The translations under genes and the position numbers were made by a program. This document shows, one piece after another, positions 7,987 through 17,009 of a DNA stretch of 64,000 bases; position 1 is the first letter of the stretch, and each line of letters begins with the position of its first letter. The notes under the pieces are model-generated. The model saw only the letters and a program-made list of their open reading frames with translations. It was not told where the DNA came from and made no database searches. The stretch is from Candidatus Chisholmbacteria bacterium RIFCSPHIGHO2_01_FULL_52_32 (lineage in GTDB: Bacteria > Patescibacteriota > Microgenomatia > UBA1400 > Chisholmbacteraceae). The DNA lies in NCBI GenBank assembly GCA_001816585.1, contig MHCJ01000003.1, positions 586,681 through 650,680 on the forward strand, given 5' to 3'.

Positions 7987-10464
7987 TCATTGGGAGATCA
8001 GTTCCGGAGTGAGAGTATAGGTTTCCCCCGGTTTGATTTTGCCCTCAAGGATCTGTTTGGCGATTTTTTCCTCGACCTCGTTTTGAATGATGCGGCGAAG
8101 CTCCCTCGCTCCCCAGATTGGACTATACCCCTTCCGGGCAAGGGAGGCGACGAGCTCCTCACTAAACTTGATTTTGATTTCTTTTTCAGCCATGGTCTGT
8201 ATCACCTTTTTCAGCAACAATGTTGTAATTTCTTTTACCTGATTCTGGCTCAGGGGTTGATAAACGATAATACCCGTGAACCGGTTGAGAAACTCCGGCC
8301 GGAAGTGGCGCTTGAGACTCTCTAACACTTCTTCCCTGATCTTTGCAAAGGGCTTTCCTGCCTCAACGTCCAAAACGATGCTTTTGGTGCCGACATTCGT
8401 GGTCGCGATAAGGATGGTGTTTGCAAAATCCACGGTCCGTCCGGATCCGTCCGTCAGCCGTGCTTCATCAAGAAGCTGGAGGAACACATCCAAGATTTTG
8501 GGATTTGCCTTCTCAATCTCATCAAGGAGGATGACTGTAAAGGGCCGCCGGCGGACCGCTTCCGTGAGTTGTCCTCCCGCCTCATACCCCGGCATGCCCG
8601 GAGGCGGGCCAATCAGGCGATTGACGCTCTCATCGGTTTGAAACTCGGATAGATCCAACCTGACCATGGCATTTTCCGAGCCGAAATAGACTTGGGCAAG
8701 CGCCTTGGCCGTTTCGGTTTTTCCGACACCCGTGGCTCCGGCAAACAGAAAGCTCGCGAGCAGCCTTCCTTCTTCGGCCAGTCCTACCCGTGCTCTTCGC
8801 AAGGAATCGGCGAGATGTCCGATGGCTTCGTCCTGACCGACAACGCGCTCGTGGAGGGATTTTTCAAGGTTTAAGAGCAGGGTTTTTTCCTTTTGGGTAT
8901 CCGCTGCTCTGACGGGTATCTTGGTTTTCTCCGTGACCATTTCCTCGACTGCCTTTGTCGTCACCCGTCGTTCTCCCTCCTTCACTTTCTCAACCGTTTC
9001 CCCAAGAAGATCGATTGCACTGTCCGGAAGGAAGCGGTCATGGATGTAACGACGTGAGAGTTCGACGGCTGCCTTCAGGGACGCATAGGTGATGATCGTT
9101 TGATGATCGCGTTCAAGCTCGAAGGCTTTCCACTTAAGGATTTCGATTGCCTCCTCGGGAGTTGCCTCGGGAAGATCGATGCGGCGGAAAGTGCGGGCAA
9201 AGGCTTCATTTCCTTCGATGTAGCGTTTGTAGTTCCCCGGTGTTGTCGTGGCGATGAACTGGAACTCGCCCGCATCTAAGTGCGGCTCGAAGGCTGAAAG
9301 TACCGCGGCCGTTTCCCCTTCCTGGGCAGCAACCAAATTGTGGATCTCATCCACGAGGAGAATGACGTTGCCGGCCACCCTGATTTCATCAATGATACCA
9401 ACCAGCCGCTGTTTGACCTTTGCGAGGGATCCTGAGGTTGCGGCCGCAATGTCCAGCGCCACCAAACGCTTGAAGCGAAGACCCTTATACTCGGTCCCGC
9501 GAATGATCTCGTAGCTTAATCCTTCGACCAGGGTTGTCTTTCCGCTCCCCGGCTCTCCGACTATGATGACGTTCTCCTTTCCCTCTTTTCCAAGAATGCG
9601 GACGGTTTCCGCAATCTTCTCCTTCCTGCCGATTACCTCGTGGAGTTTGGCACGGGCCGCAAGTCCCGTCAGGTCAGTTGAGACGCGATTAAGCTCGGGA
9701 GTGATGATGCCGGTCCAACCGCGGTTGACCCCGCCGATGGGGCGGACCGGGTAGTCATCCTCCCAGATCCAGGGGAGGTGTACCCACTTCCTTTTCTCTT
9801 CCGACCATTCCCAGGCTTTTTGCGCCAATTCTTTGTGAAAGTTCAGCAAGCCAAGGAGGGACAAAAAAAGGTGCTCGGAGTGTAATTTCTGTTTTGGCGC
9901 GGCGAGCGCTTTGGCATCCCGAAGAATTTCCTCAACGGTGAGGTTCGGCGGATTTTTCGGAAGTTCATCCTTGTCTTTTTCCATGAGGAATAAGAGTGCT
10001 TGAATCTTCGGGTCACTGAGAAGCAGTTCCCGCAGATGCTTGGGATCTCCTCCGGCATTGAGCAAAAGAAGGCGAACGGGGTCGCGCAGTCTTCCCACAA
10101 TCTCGGAGGACACATCGACAATCCATACCCCAGAAAGGAGAGGCAGGGTCCACGGCATGGTAATAAGAAAGAAGGGAAGGATCAGCCAAACTGCCAACCA
10201 AAAGACCATTGCCACGAAGACTGCAATGAGAACGATGCCTCCGATTGCTGCTCGGGTTGTACGGAATATGAGGCTGAGGGAGCGTCCGATCAGAGTGGTA
10301 TCCTGCCAAACGGGAACGAGCCATAATCGCACCATGAGTGTTGCGGCAAGCTCGTTATCAAGAAAGATGAGAAGCCTTTTTATAAAACGGAGCCACCAGA
10401 GCGGGGTTTCGATGTACCAAAAGCGGGGGAAGTGGGTAAGATCAAGGAGAAGCTTCGGCAGCAT
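7987..10464 (-). CDS. ClpC/ClpB-like double-AAA+ ATPase with N-terminal transmembrane region
   Basis: Two Walker A motifs (GEPGSGKTT, GATGVGKTE) and a ClpA/B signature. The first ~130 aa contain 3-4 hydrophobic helices instead of a Clp N-domain. Confidence 0.8.
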   Translation of the reverse strand: MLPKLLLDLTHFPRFWYIETPLWWLRFIKRLLIFLDNELAATLMVRLWLVPVWQDTTLIGRSLSLIFRTTRAAIGGIVLIAVFVAMVFWLAVWLILPFFLITMPWTLPLLSGVWIVDVSSEIVGRLRDPVRLLLLNAGGDPKHLRELLLSDPKIQALLFLMEKDKDELPKNPPNLTVEEILRDAKALAAPKQKLHSEHLFLSLLGLLNFHKELAQKAWEWSEEKRKWVHLPWIWEDDYPVRPIGGVNRGWTGIITPELNRVSTDLTGLAARAKLHEVIGRKEKIAETVRILGKEGKENVIIVGEPGSGKTTLVEGLSYEIIRGTEYKGLRFKRLVALDIAAATSGSLAKVKQRLVGIIDEIRVAGNVILLVDEIHNLVAAQEGETAAVLSAFEPHLDAGEFQFIATTTPGNYKRYIEGNEAFARTFRRIDLPEATPEEAIEILKWKAFELERDHQTIITYASLKAAVELSRRYIHDRFLPDSAIDLLGETVEKVKEGERRVTTKAVEEMVTEKTKIPVRAADTQKEKTLLLNLEKSLHERVVGQDEAIGHLADSLRRARVGLAEEGRLLASFLFAGATGVGKTETAKALAQVYFGSENAMVRLDLSEFQTDESVNRLIGPPPGMPGYEAGGQLTEAVRRRPFTVILLDEIEKANPKILDVFLQLLDEARLTDGSGRTVDFANTILIATTNVGTKSIVLDVEAGKPFAKIREEVLESLKRHFRPEFLNRFTGIIVYQPLSQNQVKEITTLLLKKVIQTMAEKEIKIKFSEELVASLARKGYSPIWGARELRRIIQNEVEEKIAKQILEGKIKPGETYTLTPELISQ

Positions 10465-10490
10465 AGATCTATTGTACCAGGAAGGGAAAA

Positions 10491-10566
10491 GAGGGTGGAG
10501 GGTAGAGGGTGGAGGGTAGAGGGTTTAGGGGTTAGGGTTTAGGGGTTAGGGTTTAGGGTTTAGTCT
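10491..10566 (+). repeat. Degenerate heptamer array (GAGGGTG/GAGGGTA/GGGTTTA/GGGGTTA), ~11 units
   Basis: Lies between the clpC-like start (10464) and the stop of the upstream gene. The last unit encodes that gene's C-terminal KP-stop (AAACCCTAA). Confidence 0.9.
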
Positions 10567-10984
10567 CATCTCCTTGTTCGCCGGCTTTTGTCGCTTCATC
10601 AATCACATCGGCGCAGAACTCCCGCTTGACTTTCCCGAGCTGTTCTTTCGGCAACGCTTTGACCCGTTCCGTGAGGTCATCAACCGTCTCTTTCACCAAC
10701 AATTCCGGTCCTTTTTGATCCAGTTTGGCTTTGCTTCCAAGGACCTCCTGCCCGATCTGCGTTGCCAAACTTACGATTTGTGCGGTTTGGCTCTGCACAT
10801 TTCTTGCGGCTTTGATGATCATCTCCCTGTTCTTGTCAATTGCCGGGGCATAGCTTGGGGCGATTTTCGGTACCAGGAAAAAGTAACCTAAGGCTGCAAG
10901 GGTTAGCCAAAACATCCGTTTAAAAAGTTTCTTGAGCTTTCTTTTTCGTTTCACCTCCGGAGGGATGAGCTTTAGTCTCTTCAT
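10553..10984 (-). CDS. Hypothetical membrane-anchored protein
   Basis: Internal start MKRLKLIPPEVKRKRK... then TM FWLTLAALGYFFLV. The C-terminal ETKP-stop is encoded by the telomere-like repeat. Confidence 0.4.
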   Translation of the reverse strand: MKRLKLIPPEVKRKRKLKKLFKRMFWLTLAALGYFFLVPKIAPSYAPAIDKNREMIIKAARNVQSQTAQIVSLATQIGQEVLGSKAKLDQKGPELLVKETVDDLTERVKALPKEQLGKVKREFCADVIDEATKAGEQGDETKP

Positions 10985-11000
10985 GTTTTTTCCGTAATTC

Positions 11001-12626
11001 TCAGAGGTCGTATCGGTAGAGCTTCCGTCGCCCGAGCACAAAGAGCGGAAGTGCCAGGATAATTGTTACGGCCACAAGAAGGGCCATGGCTATGGTAAAG
11101 GAAAGTGATCCCAGAACTGCCTGATAGAACGTCCATCCGGAAAGAGCGATGAATACCAGGGAGAGGGTGATGGCCGCGAGTCCCGAACCGCTGGTTGAGT
11201 TCGCTTCGAGATTCTCGGACTCCAGAAAATTCGGTGCGATGGTGCCTAAGAAGAGTTGTGTCAAGGCAACTCCCAGGCTCATTATGAGGAGGAACACGGT
11301 GAAGATCAGCGTGGTAAAGAACGGCAGTTCCATCAGGGAGCCCGCCACAAGACCGATGATTATTGACGGCAAACAGAGCACGGCTGCGAACCACATTTTG
11401 ACGAAGAGGAGCGCTTCACGCTTTACGGGAATGCTGAACACGAGCCATGCCGCCCGTTTCTCTCTTGCAATTAAGGGGTAAACCAACCGTGCAGACAGAG
11501 TCATCGAAAGATACGAGAGCCCTACCAGGCTTAAGGCGTAAACGGTCGGGAGGAGTTCCGGAGCAACCTCAGTCAATTTGGGAACACTTCGCATCATAAA
11601 CAGAAGCACAATGGATAGTCCGCTCAGGAATGCCACGTAGGTGACTTCGGACGGTCGTCTTGATACCATCAGCACTTCGTTGACAAAAAGCGCCGAGGTT
11701 GCCGTCGGCTTGAGCAACGGGAATCTCGAGGGTCCGATTGTCGGCGCAATTGACTTCCCCGCGAGTACCCTTCCTTCATGGATAGACCTGTACGATGCAA
11801 GATACCACTTCTTTCCCCACCATTGCCCTAAAAGGACAATGCCGATTGTCGTCGCGACGGCAAAAAGGGTCATCTCGGATATCCCTTCGGTGATTGTGGT
11901 TGCCAGCCAATTGGTCGGAAGAAGCGTTGAAGCCAGGGGGAGCTGTCCGAGCTGTTTCTGAAACGCCGGCCAGTCCGTTGCGAAGTATAAACGGAAGAAC
12001 GATGGGGGGAAGAGAAACCGCATGAGAAGGAGTGCACCCGATCCCACCACAAAAAATATCGCCGCAATCCCTTTCCTCGAGAGGGTGCCAAATCGCCGAA
12101 CCATTGAAACCGTTACAAGATTTCCGATCGTCACACTTGAAAAAGAAAGGCATAAGTATGCAAGGATGCTTCGGGGGATAGCATCGGGTCCTACAGCAAA
12201 GCTTGTCTGATATGCCAGAGTCACCGGCATCATGATAAGGATGAGGAAACCGCTAGATCCGACCAGTGTTCCCAGCGTGCGGGAAATATAGAGCTTTCCG
12301 ATGGAGACCGGGGCCGTTAAGAGGAACCGTAAAAAATCCGGACGGAACAACGCGCTTGCGCTGGCGGAGATTGTACTGGCTATTGAGAATACGAATAGGA
12401 TGAGCAAAGCGGCGTTGACACTGTAGTTTGCGACAGCACGGCCAAATTCCTCCTGAGGAGCCAGGAACGCAAAGAACGTTCTTGAAAAAACGAATTCTAT
12501 CCCCGTTACCAAGGCGACGACCAAGGTGAAGCCGAGGACAACAACGCCTTTGGTTCCGGTGTAAGTACTAAACCAGTTTCTGATGCGCAAGAAGTCCAGA
12601 CGAAGAAGGGCAGAAACCTGCTTCAT
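11001..12626 (-). CDS. Polytopic ABC exporter permease (ABC-2 type, ~12 TM, 541 aa)
   Basis: Many TM helices; 4-nt overlap with the upstream ABC ATPase. Confidence 0.55.
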   Translation of the reverse strand: MKQVSALLRLDFLRIRNWFSTYTGTKGVVVLGFTLVVALVTGIEFVFSRTFFAFLAPQEEFGRAVANYSVNAALLILFVFSIASTISASASALFRPDFLRFLLTAPVSIGKLYISRTLGTLVGSSGFLILIMMPVTLAYQTSFAVGPDAIPRSILAYLCLSFSSVTIGNLVTVSMVRRFGTLSRKGIAAIFFVVGSGALLLMRFLFPPSFFRLYFATDWPAFQKQLGQLPLASTLLPTNWLATTITEGISEMTLFAVATTIGIVLLGQWWGKKWYLASYRSIHEGRVLAGKSIAPTIGPSRFPLLKPTATSALFVNEVLMVSRRPSEVTYVAFLSGLSIVLLFMMRSVPKLTEVAPELLPTVYALSLVGLSYLSMTLSARLVYPLIAREKRAAWLVFSIPVKREALLFVKMWFAAVLCLPSIIIGLVAGSLMELPFFTTLIFTVFLLIMSLGVALTQLFLGTIAPNFLESENLEANSTSGSGLAAITLSLVFIALSGWTFYQAVLGSLSFTIAMALLVAVTIILALPLFVLGRRKLYRYDL

Positions 12627-13363
12627 GGCGTATTCCCCGTGATACCCAGATAGAGCTCTTCAAGATTTGCGTTCGCTTTCTTGGCCTTCCCGCGAAGATT
12701 TTCGAGCGTTCCTTCCTCAATCAGTCTTCCTTCCCTAAGGATTCCAATTTTTTCTGCTAATATTTGCGCCACGCTCAAGGTGTGGGTACAGAGGAATACG
12801 CTTCCCCCTTTTTTTACAAAATCCTTGAGCAGCCGCAGGGTGACATTCTGGCTTTGTACATCAAGACCAACGACCGGTTCATCGATCACGAGGAGCTTCG
12901 GTTGATGAAGGAAGGCAGCAATGATGACCGTTTTCTGTTTGTTTCCTCTCGAGTAATCTGCAAACCGCCCGTCAACGACAGCTTCAAGATTGTAGAGAGA
13001 AAGGAACTTCGCGAGCCTTTCTTTGGTTTCTTTCCTTGAAAGGCCATAGCAATCACCGACGAACTCAAGAAACTCCCTTCCCGTTAGGTAATCGTAGACG
13101 AAAGGGTCATCGGGGATATATGCCAGGTCTTTTTTTATAGCAACCGGCTCTGTTTCGATGTTTTTTTGAAAAATCTCGATTGTCCCACTGGTTGGGGCAA
13201 GAAGACCGGTTACCATCTTCACCGTGGTTGTCTTTCCGGCACCGTTCGGCCCGATCAGTGCATAGGTCTCTCCCGCTTTGACGGAAAGAGAGAGGTCAAC
13301 CACCGCTTGGGTGCTGCCGAAGTTTTTTGAAACGTTTTGAAGTTCGATCAAATTGCCGGACAC
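12623..13363 (-). CDS. ABC transporter ATP-binding protein (GTG start)
   Basis: Walker A GPNGAGKTT, Walker B LLVIDEP; ABC-2 type ATPase. Confidence 0.8.
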   Translation of the reverse strand: MSGNLIELQNVSKNFGSTQAVVDLSLSVKAGETYALIGPNGAGKTTTVKMVTGLLAPTSGTIEIFQKNIETEPVAIKKDLAYIPDDPFVYDYLTGREFLEFVGDCYGLSRKETKERLAKFLSLYNLEAVVDGRFADYSRGNKQKTVIIAAFLHQPKLLVIDEPVVGLDVQSQNVTLRLLKDFVKKGGSVFLCTHTLSVAQILAEKIGILREGRLIEEGTLENLRGKAKKANANLEELYLGITGNTP

Positions 13364-13422
13364 TCAAGTCATTGTAGCAGAGGTGCTTGCTTGCCTCAAT
13401 ACAACTCCTGTCGCGGTATCCT

Positions 13423-13521
13423 ACCCGTAGCGTAAAGCCTCGATCCTTCGACTAACTCAGGATTTCGGCTTATTCAACGACGTTGAGCTCTCAACCCTTC
13501 GACAAGCTCAGGGTTTTCGCG
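13423..13521 (-). other. Degenerate mirrored duplication of the macB-permease gene end (IEALRYE-stop and 3' UTR duplicated as IEALRYG-stop)
   Basis: Blocks X (tacccgtagcgtaaagcctcga) and Y (tccttcgactaactcaggatttcggc) recur as Y' and X' at 13494-13546 in swapped order. Confidence 0.5.
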
Positions 13522-14727
13522 CTACTCGTAGCGTAGCGCTTCAATCGGCGAGAGGCGGGCGGCACGGCGGGCGGGATAGACCCCGAAGATGATCCCGACC
13601 GCGGCCGAGACGCCGAAGGCAACCAGCACCGCCCACAGCGGGGTATTGACCGGAAGGAAATTGTTGGCAATTGCGCCGATCAGAACCCCGAGCAACGTAC
13701 CGATGATCCCTCCGAGGAGGCTTAAGATCACCGCCTCCATCAAGAACTGGAACAGGATCGTCTTGGGTGTTGCCCCGACGGCTTTGCGAAGTCCGATTTC
13801 GCGGGTCCTCTCCGTCACCGAGACGAGCATGATATTCATGATCCCGATGCCGCCGACCAAGAGGGAGATTGCCGCGATCCCCCCGAGGGCTGCGGTGATC
13901 GTCCCGAGGATATTCTGAAATGTCGACAAGAGCTCCTGAGAATTCAAGACCGAAAATTCATTTTCTTCGAGGCGCTGGCCCAAAACCTCTCTTATTTCCC
14001 GCATGCTGGCTTCGAGATCGGCTCCCTCATGAACCCGGACGTAAAAGTACGACAACTTATCAATATTGAATTGTTGCCGAAGTGTTGAAATCGGAATGAT
14101 GAGTTGATCGTCCTGGTCGTTCCCGAAAGTGGCTCCTTTGCTCTCGAGTACCCCGATAATCTGGTATTTTTTTCCCGAAATGCTGACTTTTTCTCCGATC
14201 GGATCTTTCGTGCCGAACAGATCTTCAACAACCGTCATTCCGGCAACGGCGACGCGTTTGCCGCTATCAACGTCCTTTTTCCCAAACCACTTCCCTGACA
14301 TCACCGGGGATTTACGGAATGTCTCGTATTGCTCCGTTGATCCGATAATAAAGGTGCTGGTTTCTTCTCCCCGGTAGGTGATTGTCGCGTTCGTCGTGGT
14401 GATCGGAAGCGTGGCTTCGACCGTCTGGACTTTTCGGGCGACGCGTTCGGCGTCCTTTTGGGTTAACTTGTTGGAGGCTACTCCCGGTGGCCCACCCTCT
14501 CTGGAATCGCGGAATTGAAACTTCCCCGGCATGACGAAAAGAAGGTTGGTCCCCAAATCTTCAAACTGCTGGGTGATCATCTTTTCCAGACCGGAGCCGA
14601 ATGAAACCAGGAGAATGACCGCCATCACCCCGATGATGATACCAAGCGTCGTTAACGTTGACCTCGTTTTATTTGTCACCAGCGCACGCAACGCAACCCT
14701 GGTGACATTTCGGAGGTTGAATTTCAT
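13522..14727 (-). CDS. MacB/FtsX-family ABC permease with large extracytoplasmic domain
   Basis: N-terminal TM, ~220-aa periplasmic domain, then three C-terminal TMs (FtsX fold). Confidence 0.75.
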   Translation of the reverse strand: MKFNLRNVTRVALRALVTNKTRSTLTTLGIIIGVMAVILLVSFGSGLEKMITQQFEDLGTNLLFVMPGKFQFRDSREGGPPGVASNKLTQKDAERVARKVQTVEATLPITTTNATITYRGEETSTFIIGSTEQYETFRKSPVMSGKWFGKKDVDSGKRVAVAGMTVVEDLFGTKDPIGEKVSISGKKYQIIGVLESKGATFGNDQDDQLIIPISTLRQQFNIDKLSYFYVRVHEGADLEASMREIREVLGQRLEENEFSVLNSQELLSTFQNILGTITAALGGIAAISLLVGGIGIMNIMLVSVTERTREIGLRKAVGATPKTILFQFLMEAVILSLLGGIIGTLLGVLIGAIANNFLPVNTPLWAVLVAFGVSAAVGIIFGVYPARRAARLSPIEALRYE

Positions 14728-15452
14728 CTGCCGCCCCCCTTATTCTTCAAATGCACTTTCTTTCCGTCTTTCCTGTCGCTGACGATCTTCCCGTCACGCA
14801 TGCTGATTATCCGTTTGGCAAAAGCTGCGACTTCCGATTCATGGGTGACGAGGACGATGGTTTTCCCTTCGCGATGTAGATCGGTCATGAGGTCCATGAT
14901 TTCCCGGCCCGATTTCGTGTCTAGATTTCCCGTGGGTTCATCGGCAAAGATGACCTCGGGATTATTGATGAGCGCCCGGGCGATGGCGACCCGTTGTTGC
15001 TGGCCGCCGGAGAGCTGGGATGGAGTATTATTGAGCCGGTCTCCCAGACCAACACCTGCGAGCATATCCCGTGCTCTCTGTTGTCTTTCATGTCTTGTGA
15101 TATCCGTATAGAGAAGCGGTAACTGTACGTTCTCAAGCGCAGAGGTTCTGGGAAGCAGATTGAACTGTTGAAAAACAAACCCCACTTTCTGATTCCTAAT
15201 ATGGGCAAGCTGCTCTTCCGAAAAGTTCGTCGTATCGACGCCTTCGAATGTGATCGTTCCGGAAGACGGATTATCCAAGAGCGAACAGATATGCATGAGG
15301 GTGGATTTTCCCGATCCGGAGGGACCGATGACGGCGACGAATTCTCCCTTTTCGATTGCAAGACTTACGGAGTTTATCGCGTGGATGGTCGATTCTCCGA
15401 GTTGGTAGGTTTTGAATACATTTTGGAGCGCGATAAGTCCATGATTTTTCAT
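14724..15452 (-). CDS. MacB-type ABC ATPase
   Basis: GPSGSGKST, LSGGQQQRVAIARAL, IFADEPTGNLD; likely start MKNHGLIALQNV. Confidence 0.8.
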   Translation of the reverse strand: MKNHGLIALQNVFKTYQLGESTIHAINSVSLAIEKGEFVAVIGPSGSGKSTLMHICSLLDNPSSGTITFEGVDTTNFSEEQLAHIRNQKVGFVFQQFNLLPRTSALENVQLPLLYTDITRHERQQRARDMLAGVGLGDRLNNTPSQLSGGQQQRVAIARALINNPEVIFADEPTGNLDTKSGREIMDLMTDLHREGKTIVLVTHESEVAAFAKRIISMRDGKIVSDRKDGKKVHLKNKGGGR

Positions 15453-15568
15453 GTCATACCCCTCGTCCTCCAGAATGCGCACTTCATAGGCTTATTCAGC
15501 CACATTGCGCATCTGGAGTCCATTAGGTATTGCACACTATGTTTATTGCAATTCAGAATATAAGGAGT

Positions 15569-16672
15569 TTATCCACGCCGTAACTTTTGAACGTCAATTT
15601 TACCCTCAACAGATCCCGGAAGAACAACTTCACTTCCTTCTTTAAGGCCCGCAACGATTTCTATCTCATCGTCCGTCTCGAGTCCTGTTGCGACGGTTTG
15701 ACGCACAAATGCACCATCCTTGTACACAACGACAAACGGTCCTTCATCGTCTTTATCGACCGCATCAAACGGGAGCGACAGCACATCCTTTTTTTCTTCA
15801 ACAATAATCGAGACATCGCCATTAAATCCCTTGCGGTAAGCGATCCCCTCAATCACGGGCAGGGCAAGCTTCACCAGAAACACCGTCCCGCCTCCTTCCG
15901 AGGTCGAGGCGGTGAAGTCAATCCAGGTTACTTGTGAGCGTATATCCCTGTTTTCGTACGCATCCAGGGAAATGATTGCCTTGTCGCCTGTGCTTGCGGA
16001 AGAAACGTCGGTTTCGTCAACCTCGGCTTCGAAATACATTGTGTCCGGGTTGACAATGCTTATCGTATCCGAGGCCGTCAGATTGACTCCGGCAACCGGC
16101 GTATCGACCCTGGTGACGATGCCCTCGATCGGAGAAACTAAGGTCGCAAGTTCAATGGCCAGATTCTTGATTTCAACATCAATGATCGCACTCGTCAGAT
16201 CGTAGTGTGCCTGCTCGAGGATTCTCTTGAACCTGTCGCTGACCTGGGGATTATCGGAAACCGCCTGGCCATAATCACGAAGTTCTTTTTCGAAGTCGTT
16301 CAAATCCTGCCGTAGTTGTTTCTCAAGCGTTCGCTTGTCCAGGCCAGCAACGGCCTGCCATTTCTTGACACGGTCCCCTTCTTTTACCCCGATCCATGCC
16401 AGTTTTCCGAGGGTTTGGAAGTGGAGATCTACGGTTTCTTCGGCTTGAACTTCTCCGGAGACTTCGATTGTTTGTGTCAGGTCGGCCTTGGTAACCGCTG
16501 CGGTTTTATATTCCGGGGGGCGTGCCCGAAGATAGATTGAGCGGCCGATCAAAATTCCCCCCACAATGGCGACGAGGACCAGGACTGAGACCCGCTTCCT
16601 GCGCTTTGCTTTCTGCCACAGATCGCCGATGACTTTTCTCGTTTGCATTTGCTTTCCAATTCGAATATTCAT
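15569..16672 (-). CDS. HlyD/MacA-family periplasmic adaptor (membrane fusion) protein
   Basis: N-terminal TM, coiled-coil hairpin, beta-barrel/lipoyl-like segments; leads the macB-like genes. Confidence 0.65.
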   Translation of the reverse strand: MNIRIGKQMQTRKVIGDLWQKAKRRKRVSVLVLVAIVGGILIGRSIYLRARPPEYKTAAVTKADLTQTIEVSGEVQAEETVDLHFQTLGKLAWIGVKEGDRVKKWQAVAGLDKRTLEKQLRQDLNDFEKELRDYGQAVSDNPQVSDRFKRILEQAHYDLTSAIIDVEIKNLAIELATLVSPIEGIVTRVDTPVAGVNLTASDTISIVNPDTMYFEAEVDETDVSSASTGDKAIISLDAYENRDIRSQVTWIDFTASTSEGGGTVFLVKLALPVIEGIAYRKGFNGDVSIIVEEKKDVLSLPFDAVDKDDEGPFVVVYKDGAFVRQTVATGLETDDEIEIVAGLKEGSEVVLPGSVEGKIDVQKLRRG

Positions 16673-16772
16673 GCCCTATTTTACCACGCGCTTGCCTGGT
16701 TTTTGACCGGTGGTATCTCCCTAACAGTTTTTGGTCTTGACATATGCCCTTTCAGCCATCAATATTAATAGT

Positions 16773-17009
16773 ATGAGACGACTTATTCGTTATGCATTGG
16801 CAGCCGGAGAGGCAGCGCTTTTGAAGCTTGTCATGGCTACACCGGTTCTGGCCCAAACCGCTACCCCTTCTTCCGAGAGCACCGGATCGGCGCTACCCGA
16901 GGCGGGGACAGCATCAACAACACTCCTCATCCTGGTGTTCGGAGTCGTCGTGGTTTCAACCGGATTGATCCTTTTCCGAAGAAGTGCCCCGCAAGAAGTA
17001 AAGATTTAA
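16773..17009 (+). CDS. Tiny secreted protein with sortase-type C-terminal sorting signal (LPEAG + TM + RRS)
   Basis: ATG at 16773 (track ORF starts at TTG 16731, which would contain the TTGACA promoter box). Signal peptide MRRLIRYALAAGEAALLKLVMATPVLA. Mature segment of only ~13 aa, then LPEAGT, TM and RRS. Confidence 0.45.
   Translation: MRRLIRYALAAGEAALLKLVMATPVLAQTATPSSESTGSALPEAGTASTTLLILVFGVVVVSTGLILFRRSAPQEVKI

Noticed and set aside
16731-16772. TTG start of the track ORF 16731..17009
   Set aside because: The extension would place the TTGACA promoter box and the whole divergent promoter region inside the coding sequence; the ATG at 16773 yields a canonical signal peptide.
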